Under the pieces are notes generated by a model. The model had not been told where the DNA came from and did not search any database. It saw nothing but the letters and a program-made list of their open reading frames with translations. Shown here in pieces: positions 16,390-24,926 of a DNA stretch of 64,000 bases; the first letter of the stretch is position 1; each line of letters begins with the position of its first letter. The translations under genes and the position numbers were made by a program. Source of the DNA: a virus; IMG/VR virus record IMGVR_UViG_3300045988_159773. One strand, 5' to 3'.

Positions 16390-17049
16390 TCAGAACGGCA
16401 AGCCGTCGTCCTCTTCTTCCAACTTCAAGCACTTAACGTCCTCTTCAAACGTCGCCTTGATGTCAGCGAGATGGACGTACAGCGCAAGCTGAACCGTGCC
16501 GAACACATTCGAAATCGTTTTCGAATATCCCTTGTCATCGTCCTGATTTCCCATGTGAAACGAGATTGCCTGAATCTCGGGGAAGTAAAGTCTGATGAAC
16601 TGCTGCGCCACAATGACCGACTTCGAGCCGTGCCCCATAATCGGCATCGCCTCGTCAATCGTATAAACCTGCACCTCTTTCCAAGTGCCGTTCTCTTTCA
16701 CGTTGCGCGAGGATACCTTGTAGAAGTCCACTTTGCACAGGTCGTGCAAGAGTGCAACGATGATGATGTTCTCGTGGTCGACTTCCTCGTCGCGAGTGGT
16801 ATACTCTTCGAGCGATTCCCACTTATCGCCGTAGTAAAGCCTCATCATGTTGGCGTACACGTTCAGAGAATGCTGCGCCAGACCGCCGACACACGACAGA
16901 TGATACTGCGTGCTCGCGGGCGCGGTAAAGTAGTCTCTCTTTTCCAGATAGGAAATCAGTTTGTCGATTCCTTCGCGTCCCGTAAGGCGCAACAGCCGAA
17001 TGATTTCCTGTTTGTTTTCCTCGATTTTTTTCTGCGTAAGTCCTTCCAC
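16390..17049 (-). CDS. HD-domain phosphohydrolase
   Basis: GGLAQHSLNV ... IIVALLHDLCK (H...HD motif). GTG start follows GGAGGG. Confidence 0.75.
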   Translation of the reverse strand: MEGLTQKKIEENKQEIIRLLRLTGREGIDKLISYLEKRDYFTAPASTQYHLSCVGGLAQHSLNVYANMMRLYYGDKWESLEEYTTRDEEVDHENIIIVALLHDLCKVDFYKVSSRNVKENGTWKEVQVYTIDEAMPIMGHGSKSVIVAQQFIRLYFPEIQAISFHMGNQDDDKGYSKTISNVFGTVQLALYVHLADIKATFEEDVKCLKLEEEDDGLPF

Positions 17050-17050
17050 G

Positions 17051-17269
17051 TTATCCCTCCGAATTCATGCGGCACTTGTTCAACGCCACATACATAATAA
17101 GTTTGTCGACTAAGGCGTCGACCTTACCCAGCGAGTCGCAATCACGAATCGCGTTTTCGATTTCCAGCTCTTGCAGACTGAGGTCAGCGCAACTGACGTC
17201 CTGTCGCAGAGTTGGAATCCTCTTTGCCTTCACAGCCGAAACCAAGTCCGACTCAATAATCATCGCCAT
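17051..17269 (-). CDS. Hypothetical protein
   Basis: 72-aa ORF, tightly packed between its neighbours. Confidence 0.45.
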   Translation of the reverse strand: MAMIIESDLVSAVKAKRIPTLRQDVSCADLSLQELEIENAIRDCDSLGKVDALVDKLIMYVALNKCRMNSEG

Positions 17270-17796
17270 AATTCCTCCAGATGGTTATACAAATCCCTCA
17301 CGCAAACCTCATACGCCGTTTTCGGTTCGCCATCCTTCGTGTATGCTCTCGAATGAAACTGCGCCGAAATCAGCGTAATCTCACGACCCTTCTTCTTATA
17401 GCGAATAAGCCTATCCGCCGTCTTGCCGAACGCAATGCAGTTGTAATAGTCCTGCCCGTCCGCGACCACGAAGTCCACAATCTTGCGCAACGTCAGCGGC
17501 GTTGTACGCAATTCGTCGACACGAACCACCACGCCCGACTCAACGGTCAGCTCGTTCGCATACAGCCCATCATAGGACGGATGTAAATGACCCAGACCGA
17601 ACCAAGCCTTGCGGTAACGACCGCCCTCGGGAATAAACTGCGTGCGGAGTATGCCTGAGAAGTGAACCCACGCACCCTCCGCCGCGTCTCCATCCGCAAT
17701 AATCGGGAGCAAATGCTCCTTGCTTTCGGTGCGAAAAGATATGTACTTCTTTTCGTCGATGTGTCTCATTTGACCCATCAAAGTTAACTTGCTCAT
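17260..17796 (-). CDS. SSB-like OB-fold protein
   Basis: NELTVESGVVVRVDELRTTP...NCIAFGKTADRLIRYKKKGREITLISAQFHSRAYTKDGEPKTAYEVCV follows the bacterial SSB OB-fold pattern. Start MSKLTL at 17796 follows GGAGGA. Confidence 0.5.
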   Translation of the reverse strand: MSKLTLMGQMRHIDEKKYISFRTESKEHLLPIIADGDAAEGAWVHFSGILRTQFIPEGGRYRKAWFGLGHLHPSYDGLYANELTVESGVVVRVDELRTTPLTLRKIVDFVVADGQDYYNCIAFGKTADRLIRYKKKGREITLISAQFHSRAYTKDGEPKTAYEVCVRDLYNHLEELWR

Positions 17797-17815
17797 TTGT
17801 TCAATCCTCCAAGTT

Positions 17816-18895
17816 TTATTTGTTCGTGTCTTCGCCGCCCTCTTCTTCGTCATTCTCCAGCGGCGGCAAGGTCGACTCGTCCACCTTTTCCGTCTCTTCC
17901 TCGAACACCGATTTCAGATAGGCAATATGCTCCGCCGTCAGCGACTTGCGGAAAGCGTCTTTGCCAACGCACGAGTGAATGACCTCGCCCGTCTCCTTGT
18001 TAAGTAACATAAGTTTGCTGCCAGCGGTTTTGATAATGCCCGCCGACACTGCTGCATTATACAGGTCGAATAGGGTGTCAAGTCCGTTGTCGGAAATGAC
18101 AAAGCTGGCAATCTTTTTGCGTCCCATCTTGTTGCAGGTCTTGTCCTTGATTTTGCAAACCGAGATTTGCGTCATAGCGGGATTGTCGACCTTTCTTCCC
18201 ATTTCCTTGCCGCTTGCGTCCAGAGGAACAGCCGTAACCTCGAAACGCACCGAGCAAGCGTGTTTCCACGCTCTGCCGCCTGGCGTCAACGTCGGTGCAC
18301 CGTACTGGCTGAAATTATCTCTCAGCTGATTCAACCCGACGTAAATCGTCGTATCGCGATGGCGCAGTAAGGCTTTCTTCAGTTTCTTGCAGAACTTCGA
18401 CAGAGGTCCTGCAATCGGTGCCATCGTGCTGTCCTGCACGTCTTTCTGTTCTTCCTGCCCGCTCTCCAGCGAGGGAATATCGTCCAGCACGCACATCGAC
18501 ACCTCACCAGAGTTCAGCAACTCCGTGATGGTATCGTACGTCTGTTCCGCCGACAGGTTCTCGGGGCTTACATAAATCAACTTCGAGTTGTCCACACCGA
18601 GAATCTCACCGTAAACAGGGTCATACGTACCCTCAGAGTCCACCCACACGCAGTAGAGATCTGGAACCTCTCGCTGCATCGCTGCCACAAAAATGGATGC
18701 CAGCGTCGATTTGCCCGCGCTTTCTGCGCCGTAGATTTCAATCGCACGTCCGAACGGCAGTCCGCCCTGCAGAATGTTGTCGAGAGAAATTATTCCCGTC
18801 GGCAAACGTCGAATGTCTTTGACCGTAACGCCGAACGATGCCGTACCTTTTCCGTATGACCTGTTCACCGCTTTCATAATATCGCTTATAGCCAT
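17816..18895 (-). CDS. recA: RecA/UvsX-family recombinase
   Basis: LPTGIISLDNILQGGLPFGRAIEIYGAESAGKSTLA (RecA N-terminal core plus Walker A) and MCVLDDIPSL (Walker B). Confidence 0.85.
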   Translation of the reverse strand: MAISDIMKAVNRSYGKGTASFGVTVKDIRRLPTGIISLDNILQGGLPFGRAIEIYGAESAGKSTLASIFVAAMQREVPDLYCVWVDSEGTYDPVYGEILGVDNSKLIYVSPENLSAEQTYDTITELLNSGEVSMCVLDDIPSLESGQEEQKDVQDSTMAPIAGPLSKFCKKLKKALLRHRDTTIYVGLNQLRDNFSQYGAPTLTPGGRAWKHACSVRFEVTAVPLDASGKEMGRKVDNPAMTQISVCKIKDKTCNKMGRKKIASFVISDNGLDTLFDLYNAAVSAGIIKTAGSKLMLLNKETGEVIHSCVGKDAFRKSLTAEHIAYLKSVFEEETEKVDESTLPPLENDEEEGGEDTNK

Positions 18896-18905
18896 TTGCT
18901 TCTCC

Positions 18906-19361
18906 TTACACGTCGTTGTCTACTTTTGAATTTCTTGCTTCGAAAATATTTCGCACCGAAAAAATCAGCATCTCAAGCTGACTCCAGAGCGCATTGACGT
19001 GCTTCGCCATATATTTTGCAACATACTGCTTGACCTGCAAATCGTTCGTCGCGACCGCCGCCATCGTTCTTGCGTCCGTCACCTTACCGCCAGCGTTCTG
19101 CGCCATCACGTCCGCTTTCACGCGCTCGATTTCCGCGTCCAGCAAGTCGACCGACAACAGACAGTCTACCTCGATACATCTCAGCTCTCCGTAGAGCGTG
19201 GGAATAGAGAATAGCCAATTGGCTACCTGCTGGGTGCTGATGGTGTCCACCCCGTTGATAAGCGCGCTCTTTACGTACTCGATGAACTCCTTCGCGGGAG
19301 CGACCATCGGCTCAAGCTCAGCCATCGCGCTTGCTTTTACTTCGTCAATACTCAATGCCAT
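18906..19361 (-). CDS. Hypothetical protein
   Basis: Start MALSIDEV at 19361 follows GGAGGA. It lies directly upstream of the recombinase, so it could be a mediator; that is speculative. Confidence 0.5.
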   Translation of the reverse strand: MALSIDEVKASAMAELEPMVAPAKEFIEYVKSALINGVDTISTQQVANWLFSIPTLYGELRCIEVDCLLSVDLLDAEIERVKADVMAQNAGGKVTDARTMAAVATNDLQVKQYVAKYMAKHVNALWSQLEMLIFSVRNIFEARNSKVDNDV

Positions 19362-19390
19362 TTTTAATTCCTCCGTTGATATCATATACA

Positions 19391-19416
19391 AAAGCCATCG
19401 AATTCTCGATGGCTTT
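19391..19416 (-). terminator. Intrinsic terminator (AAAGCCATCGA-GAAT-TCGATGGCTTT) abutting TTTTGTATATG
   Basis: Perfect 11-bp stem, read directly from the sequence. Confidence 0.6.
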
Positions 19417-19421
19417 TATTC

Positions 19422-20450
19422 TTATTCGACTTTCGCGCTCTTTTTCTTTTTACCTTTCGGCTTGTCCACCATCGCGTCGCGCTGCGCCGCATCGTCGACA
19501 GGGTCGTCATCGGGGTCGAAATCCTCCTGCACAATCGGCGTGTCCATATCGACCGCACAGCAAACGAACGTCGCGTCCGCAGTTTTCAGATACAGATTGC
19601 CGCCGACCAGCTGCACTCCGCACTTGTCGTCCGTTGCAATAGAGCTGAGGTTGCTGATGTCAAAAATCTCGCCAGAGCCTTCCAACACGAACGGCTCGTA
19701 ATGGTCTTTGTTCACCGCGATGCGTCCGTCCTTAACGTAGAGCATCGTGCCAAAGTTTGCCAGACGAGAAATCGAACTCTTCAACCCAGACACGTCCGTG
19801 AACTCTGGCAGGTCGGCGAACGCGCCGCGAGATGCATCCCACCACGCAAAGTCTGGCAGTTTCGGCAACACCGCAACAATGCGGTACACACCGAGCGAAA
19901 TGTACAGCCTCCCCTCGATAATGCCCCACTCCGCCTCTGCTCCGTTGAGCATCGAGTGGAGTCCTTCGGGAACGGCGAACGGAATAGAGCTCTTGAACTT
20001 GCCACTCACGCCCGCCACAATAGAGTCGGATGCAACGCACCCATCCTCGTCGACGTAGACCGTGTTCAGCTCTTTCTGCAACGGCGATTTGCTTGCCGCA
20101 TTCTCCACGCCACCGAAATCGAATGCCGACTTGTTCGGCAGTTCGGGAAAATCGAAAGTCGGAATGTTCTCCGCCTTTACCATATCCAAGTCATATTTTG
20201 CGCCGTTGAACAACACCAGCCTCACGACATTGTCTTTGAGAGCAATCCTCTTCAAAGACGGAGCGAACGTGCAGAATAATTTTGCATCGACATAGCAGTC
20301 GAACTCCGCATCGCACCTCACGTTGATAAAATCGTCGCGCACCCAGTAGATGGTGTCGTAACGCTCCGCCACCAGATGCCCCTCTTTCGAATAGATATGC
20401 GCCACCAGCGACTCGGGGATGTATGGCTCAAGTTTCAACTTCTCAATCAT
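19422..20450 (-). CDS. Hypothetical protein (size and context are compatible with a sliding clamp; unproven)
   Basis: 342 aa with an acidic-then-basic tail (DFDPDDDPVDD...KPKGKKKKSAKVE). No diagnostic motif was recognised. Confidence 0.5.
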   Translation of the reverse strand: MIEKLKLEPYIPESLVAHIYSKEGHLVAERYDTIYWVRDDFINVRCDAEFDCYVDAKLFCTFAPSLKRIALKDNVVRLVLFNGAKYDLDMVKAENIPTFDFPELPNKSAFDFGGVENAASKSPLQKELNTVYVDEDGCVASDSIVAGVSGKFKSSIPFAVPEGLHSMLNGAEAEWGIIEGRLYISLGVYRIVAVLPKLPDFAWWDASRGAFADLPEFTDVSGLKSSISRLANFGTMLYVKDGRIAVNKDHYEPFVLEGSGEIFDISNLSSIATDDKCGVQLVGGNLYLKTADATFVCCAVDMDTPIVQEDFDPDDDPVDDAAQRDAMVDKPKGKKKKSAKVE

Positions 20451-20493
20451 GTTTTATTCTCCTTGCGTTTGCTTCACTATTGAATTATACAAA

Positions 20494-20525
20494 ATTTCGG
20501 CGATGGACAACACCACCGCCGAAAT
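20494..20525 (-). terminator. Hairpin terminator (ATTTCGGCG-N14-CGCCGAAAT) abutting TTTTGTATAAT
   Basis: Read directly from the sequence, between 20535..20726 and 19422..20450. Confidence 0.5.
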
Positions 20526-20534
20526 CTTTTGGTC

Positions 20535-20726
20535 TTAGTCGTAGAAACCAGCCTGGCTGAATAAGGTGTCAACCGCGCGGTCTACCATTTCAGCGACTGC
20601 ATGTTCCTGCAAGTCTTCCAACTTCGTGTGCCCTGCGTTGCGAAACTCGCAACAGTCTTTCTGGCTTTCAAACATCTTCTTCAAGACGTCATCACCGACC
20701 ACGATTGTGAACTGCTTGTCTTCCAT
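20535..20726 (-). CDS. Hypothetical protein
   Basis: 63-aa ORF with RBS AAGGAGGAAGG. Confidence 0.45.
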   Translation of the reverse strand: MEDKQFTIVVGDDVLKKMFESQKDCCEFRNAGHTKLEDLQEHAVAEMVDRAVDTLFSQAGFYD

Positions 20727-20823
20727 GAGTCCTTCCTCCTTTCAATAAGATTTGGAGTCAGTTTCACGAACCCTAAGTATCCCTTTCAACCTAACAGGCA
20801 TCGTCCATATTTACGTATACAGG

Positions 20824-22065
20824 TCAATCCATCAAATCTTCGTCGTCTTCGTCTTTTTCTTTCGCCTTGTTTATGCTCAGCGCGTTGCGCACAGAGGACA
20901 CCGCGTCAGTCCTTTGCAAAATCTTACCCTTGTCAAAGTCAACTGTGAACTCCCACTTCTGTCCCTCGCCGTCGAAGTCACGCGATTTCAACACCTTCAT
21001 CATCATAAGGTCTTTCGCTTTACGCCACGAACCCAGAACCGCCGATGCATCCTGCTCAAAACGACCAGAGCCGAGCAACATATGTAATTGAGGTTCGTTG
21101 TCTCCCGTCGCTTCACGATTAAGCTGCAAGACCTCTACAAACGGCTTCTTCAATGATTTCTGAATCGCCGTCAGCTGCTTTTGCAGTTCCGCCAACTTCG
21201 AGTGGTCTTCCGAACTCACCCCGCGCGTACTTGCCAGCTGCATACCGTTGATTTGGTCAAGCACCACTACATCGAGGTTCGCACCGACAATGAATGCCTG
21301 AATGTCCTGCGGGGTGGCAAACCGACCGCCCAAGTCCTTCGGCGTCAAGACAATAAAGTCTCCTTGCCAGTCTTCAAGCGAATCAATATAGTCGTGCCAG
21401 TACGAAACCTCTTTGCCACGCGTAATGGCGTAGTTGGAAACGCCACCCGCAAATGAGTCGAACCTTGCGCCCACTGCTTCCGCCGCCATTTCGGACGAGT
21501 AGAACCCCACTCTCAAGCCCTGTGCCGCCATGTGCGTTGCGATGCTTATTGCAAGCATCGATTTACCTTGACCTGGACGAGCCGCCACGATGAGAATATC
21601 GTCCTCACCGATGCCACCAGAGATGTCATCATACGGCTTGATGCCGATTGAGCATCTGATGCCCGCACGCTTTTGGAAAAAGTCGATACGGCTCGGAGCG
21701 TTCTTGAGTATGGACGTGCCCATATTCATAACTTCTTTGCCCCTAACCGCCGCCAGAGAATCCCTCAGCCAGAGCAGAGCCTCTTTTGCAGACATCTTCC
21801 CAGCCTTCGTGTTGAATTCCTCCAACAGCGGCGCTGCTTGCTTGACGTAATCGTCGTCAATAAGGTTCTTCTTGTAATAGTCCCAATCCTCGGTGAACTC
21901 TGGCATCGTGACCTGAAAATGGTCTTCAAAGGTCGCTACCAGAGGTAACGACCCATAAGTCTGGTAATGCTCTCGAATCCAATTCGACTCAGACGAGTTG
22001 TCCAAGTACTGCAGTTCTTCGGGCTTACCCAGCGATAAAAAACTTTTGAATAAAGCCAGCTCCAT
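20824..22065 (-). CDS. dnaB: DnaB-family replicative helicase
   Basis: VAARPGQGKSMLAISIATHMA (Walker A), FYSSEMAAE and VVVLDQINGM (Walker B) in a RecA-like C-terminal domain. Confidence 0.85.
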   Translation of the reverse strand: MELALFKSFLSLGKPEELQYLDNSSESNWIREHYQTYGSLPLVATFEDHFQVTMPEFTEDWDYYKKNLIDDDYVKQAAPLLEEFNTKAGKMSAKEALLWLRDSLAAVRGKEVMNMGTSILKNAPSRIDFFQKRAGIRCSIGIKPYDDISGGIGEDDILIVAARPGQGKSMLAISIATHMAAQGLRVGFYSSEMAAEAVGARFDSFAGGVSNYAITRGKEVSYWHDYIDSLEDWQGDFIVLTPKDLGGRFATPQDIQAFIVGANLDVVVLDQINGMQLASTRGVSSEDHSKLAELQKQLTAIQKSLKKPFVEVLQLNREATGDNEPQLHMLLGSGRFEQDASAVLGSWRKAKDLMMMKVLKSRDFDGEGQKWEFTVDFDKGKILQRTDAVSSVRNALSINKAKEKDEDDEDLMD

Positions 22066-22697
22066 TATTCTGATTCACCTCTCTTCAGAACATTTATACA
22101 AAAACGTCTCCTCTGTGCTTCACGCATTTCAGAAGTCCATCGTTCAGAATGGTTGGCTTTCTTATTACCCTCAGAAATCTTTTTCTTGGTCTCCTCGGAG
22201 CAAGGCGAACGCTTCTTCCCGTTCTTCCTTGCAAGTAACATACGTGCCTTAAATTCTGGGTCTTCCCATCTCTTTTTGCATGTCTCACTCTGCTTACGTC
22301 GGCTTTCTTCTGAATGTGGCTTTCCACGCAACCCAGCCGATATATTATCATTATGACGTCCACGCTTTGAATCACCTATTTTCTTACGTGCTTCATCAGA
22401 ATGAGTAAAATGAAATCCGCTAGAACCGTCCCCGCCATCTGAAATATTATACAGTGCAACTCCACTATCTCTGAACGCCTGAATAAGTGTCCTCTCAAAG
22501 AAACATAAATCCTCTTCCGACTCTGCAAACAACAATGGAACTACAGAAAAATTGCACCTCCCGTACTTCCTTAATGCATTCTTAAGATGAACCCCGCTTC
22601 CAAAATACTTAGGATTAAAAACAGGGCTCCTACTCATTCCGATGTAAGAAACCCCGTTCAACATGTTCGTGGTCAGGTAGATATAGCCGCAATCCAA
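22065..22697 (-). CDS. GIY-YIG homing endonuclease with NUMOD3-type repeats
   Basis: CGYIYLTTNMLNGVSYIGMS...YFGSG..LKNALRKYG, with SEESRRKQSE and SEETKKKISE repeats. TTG at 22697 lies 7 nt after AGGAGG. An upstream ATG at 22730 is the alternative start. Confidence 0.8.
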   Translation of the reverse strand: MDCGYIYLTTNMLNGVSYIGMSRSPVFNPKYFGSGVHLKNALRKYGRCNFSVVPLLFAESEEDLCFFERTLIQAFRDSGVALYNISDGGDGSSGFHFTHSDEARKKIGDSKRGRHNDNISAGLRGKPHSEESRRKQSETCKKRWEDPEFKARMLLARKNGKKRSPCSEETKKKISEGNKKANHSERWTSEMREAQRRRFCINVLKRGESE

Positions 22698-22698
22698 G

Positions 22699-23034
22699 TC
22701 AACCCTCCTGCACAATCGCGTATATGTCATCGAGCAGTTTCTGCATTGGCAGACGAACCGCATCATCCTCGATTGCCTTGATTGGCGCGACCTGCGAACG
22801 AATAAACTTCGTCAACTTTGCGCGTAAGACCTGAGTAGGGTCTGCGTCCAGCGGATTCACCTTGCCGCAGTGCGGGCAGACAACCGTAGCGCACTCCTTT
22901 CCGTCCACAGTAGCCACAGTCACCGCTGTGCGCTTTGTAACAGAATACGTACCGCCACACAGGATACAAGCCGACTCCCTTCCGACATAATCGGGTGCAG
23001 TGACTTTCTTTGGTGCTCGCTTACTTTTTAACAT
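22699..23034 (-). CDS. Zinc-ribbon protein
   Basis: CILCGG...CPHCGK gives two CxxC pairs. Confidence 0.5.
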   Translation of the reverse strand: MLKSKRAPKKVTAPDYVGRESACILCGGTYSVTKRTAVTVATVDGKECATVVCPHCGKVNPLDADPTQVLRAKLTKFIRSQVAPIKAIEDDAVRLPMQKLLDDIYAIVQEG

Positions 23035-23641
23035 CGCGCAACTCCTTTATCTGCGCCTCCCTCTCTTCCGACAGGTGCGGCAGATTCATTGGATTGTTGA
23101 GGAAACGATTGAGCAGTTCCAACTTGTCGAAAAAGTCCTGGTCAGCCGCGAGAGCCAGCGCGTCATCTTTGAGCGCGAGCTGATTCTCAATGGACTGCTC
23201 GGAGTAAGAAATCTCCGCCAGAGAGTTCTCGAACTGGGCGATGATGGGATTCATAAAGAACGCGCTGTCGCCCTTGGTCTTCTGCATGTGCTTTACGACC
23301 TGAACCATGTTCATGCGCGAGGATGTAACCTGCGGCGCGGTCTCTTCGAGTTTGTCGCAGTAAGCCTTGACGTGGTACTGGAACTTCTCGATGGGGCTCA
23401 TACTGCTCCAAGGTGTGCTCTCCACCGCCGTCTCCGACTGAATCATGGCGGCAAGTTTTTCTTTCTCTTCCTCGGTGCGCGTGTCGGGTTCATCGAGTTT
23501 CTTTAACGCCGCGACAGCACCCTGCAAATCCTTCTGCAAACGCTCGACCTCGCGAGCATCCTTAACGTATAAAAGGGCATTCTGAATACCCTCGACTTTT
23601 GCCTCAAGACCTTCCCTTACCTGTTCAACAATAGTGCTCAT
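23021..23641 (-). CDS. Hypothetical helical/coiled-coil protein
   Basis: 206-aa ORF, coupled to the upstream stop. Confidence 0.55.
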   Translation of the reverse strand: MSTIVEQVREGLEAKVEGIQNALLYVKDAREVERLQKDLQGAVAALKKLDEPDTRTEEEKEKLAAMIQSETAVESTPWSSMSPIEKFQYHVKAYCDKLEETAPQVTSSRMNMVQVVKHMQKTKGDSAFFMNPIIAQFENSLAEISYSEQSIENQLALKDDALALAADQDFFDKLELLNRFLNNPMNLPHLSEEREAQIKELRDVKK

Positions 23642-24256
23642 TTAATTCTCCTTCGGCGCGTTCCCAGCCGCCAATTGTTTTAGTTGCGCCTTCGTCAACA
23701 GACTGTAGTCTATTTCCTTCGGGTCGTTTCCAGTGTCGATTTGAACTTTCTGCGTAATCGACCAAGACGAACCCTGATATTTCTCGAGCAGAACCTGCAA
23801 CGCCGACAGGTTCGGCAAGTAGCGTTTCGTTACCGTCGTGGTGGATATTCCGTCTTCGTCCTCTGTCACTCGCTTTTCCTCAACCGTAGGTCCGAGAGCC
23901 AACGTGATGAGTGAGGACTCAAGCTCCAACAGACGCTGCGCCCTCGAGTCCGACAGACCGCTCAAAATGGCGGTGCTGAATTCAAGGTCGGAGTCCATTT
24001 TGGAATAGAACTCCACATTGGTCATCTCCAGCTGCTCACACAGTTGAACCATGCTTCCAGTGATGCAGTCACGAGCCGTTGCGTAGTATTTATACAGCTC
24101 CTTCTCGTGCTCCGTCAGATTCTCCTGCGGAATCAGACCCAACTTGCGCACTTCCAGTATCAACGGCGTTTCCGTCTTCTTTGACTTCGCCCTCGGCTTC
24201 TTTTCCGTTGCCGTCGCTACCGCCGTTTCCTTCGTCTCCGTTTTCTTCGTCGCCAT
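23642..24256 (-). CDS. Hypothetical protein with a basic T/K-rich N-terminus (possibly DNA-binding)
   Basis: Very strong RBS GGGAGGTGAGG before the ATG at 24256. The first 167 nt overlap the tail of the upstream ORF. Confidence 0.55.
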   Translation of the reverse strand: MATKKTETKETAVATATEKKPRAKSKKTETPLILEVRKLGLIPQENLTEHEKELYKYYATARDCITGSMVQLCEQLEMTNVEFYSKMDSDLEFSTAILSGLSDSRAQRLLELESSLITLALGPTVEEKRVTEDEDGISTTTVTKRYLPNLSALQVLLEKYQGSSWSITQKVQIDTGNDPKEIDYSLLTKAQLKQLAAGNAPKEN

Positions 24257-24926
24257 TTACCTCACCTCCCTCTTTTGGCGTGTTGCCGTCGGGCGGCAAC
24301 TTGTTTGCTTCCTGTTCCTTCTCCCAGCATTCGCGACAGAGGACAGGCGCATCAGGCTCGAGGGGATACGCGTGATGCGTTTCAAACCACTCGCCATTAA
24401 GGTCAACATCCGCACCGCAAACACAGCACTTCTCGATGTTTGGCAATTCGGCTTTGGTAACCGCGAAAGACTCCGTGCCAGCGTTGAGCTGTCTGCATTT
24501 CGCCAGAGCCTCCTCCTCGGTCTTGAACACGAGGTCTTGCAGAATCATATCTCCGTTGACCTTGTACAGAACGCCGTGGTCATTTCGAATTTGAATCTCT
24601 TCCGTCTTGCCGCGCAACGCTGCAAACTGCCAGCCGAACTGAACCTGCAACCGACCTGGCACCTGCGAGCGCACTTGCTTGAACATGACGTAGTAAACCT
24701 CTTCGCCGATGTCGTGCTTGAACTCCTTCATAACACTTGCATCGGCTTCGGGTATCGTTTCCTTCATAGGAATAGAGTCTTGGATGGCTTTGACTTCATC
24801 AAACACAATCCCTGATATAAACTTTGCAAGATTCTCTTTGAAAACCTTGCCCGCACCCTTGCCATCGCCGCTCTTTTCCGTGGCGAGAAATTCATTTATT
24901 TTCTTTTTTAACATAGCGTTCTCCAT
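24090..24926 (-). CDS. Hypothetical protein with Cys motifs (CCVCG...CREC) and an acidic G/D/E/N tail
   Basis: ATG at 24926 follows GGGAGGG. The last 55 codons overlap the next gene in another frame. Confidence 0.55.
   Translation of the reverse strand: MENAMLKKKINEFLATEKSGDGKGAGKVFKENLAKFISGIVFDEVKAIQDSIPMKETIPEADASVMKEFKHDIGEEVYYVMFKQVRSQVPGRLQVQFGWQFAALRGKTEEIQIRNDHGVLYKVNGDMILQDLVFKTEEEALAKCRQLNAGTESFAVTKAELPNIEKCCVCGADVDLNGEWFETHHAYPLEPDAPVLCRECWEKEQEANKLPPDGNTPKEGGEVNGDEENGDEGNGGSDGNGKEAEGEVKEDGNAVDTGSAQVGSDSAGESDGAREGAV

Noticed and set aside
19422-20450. Calling this 342-aa protein a DnaN/gp45-type sliding clamp
   Set aside because: Only size and replication-gene context support the call. 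I could not align its N-terminus or any motif to beta-clamp or gp45 sequences I know. It is left as hypothetical.
23642-24256. Small terminase assignment for 23642..24256
   Set aside because: Only a vague resemblance (...ALQVLLEKYQGSSW...) supports it, and the gene is 15 kb from terL in a replication/regulation block. Support is insufficient.
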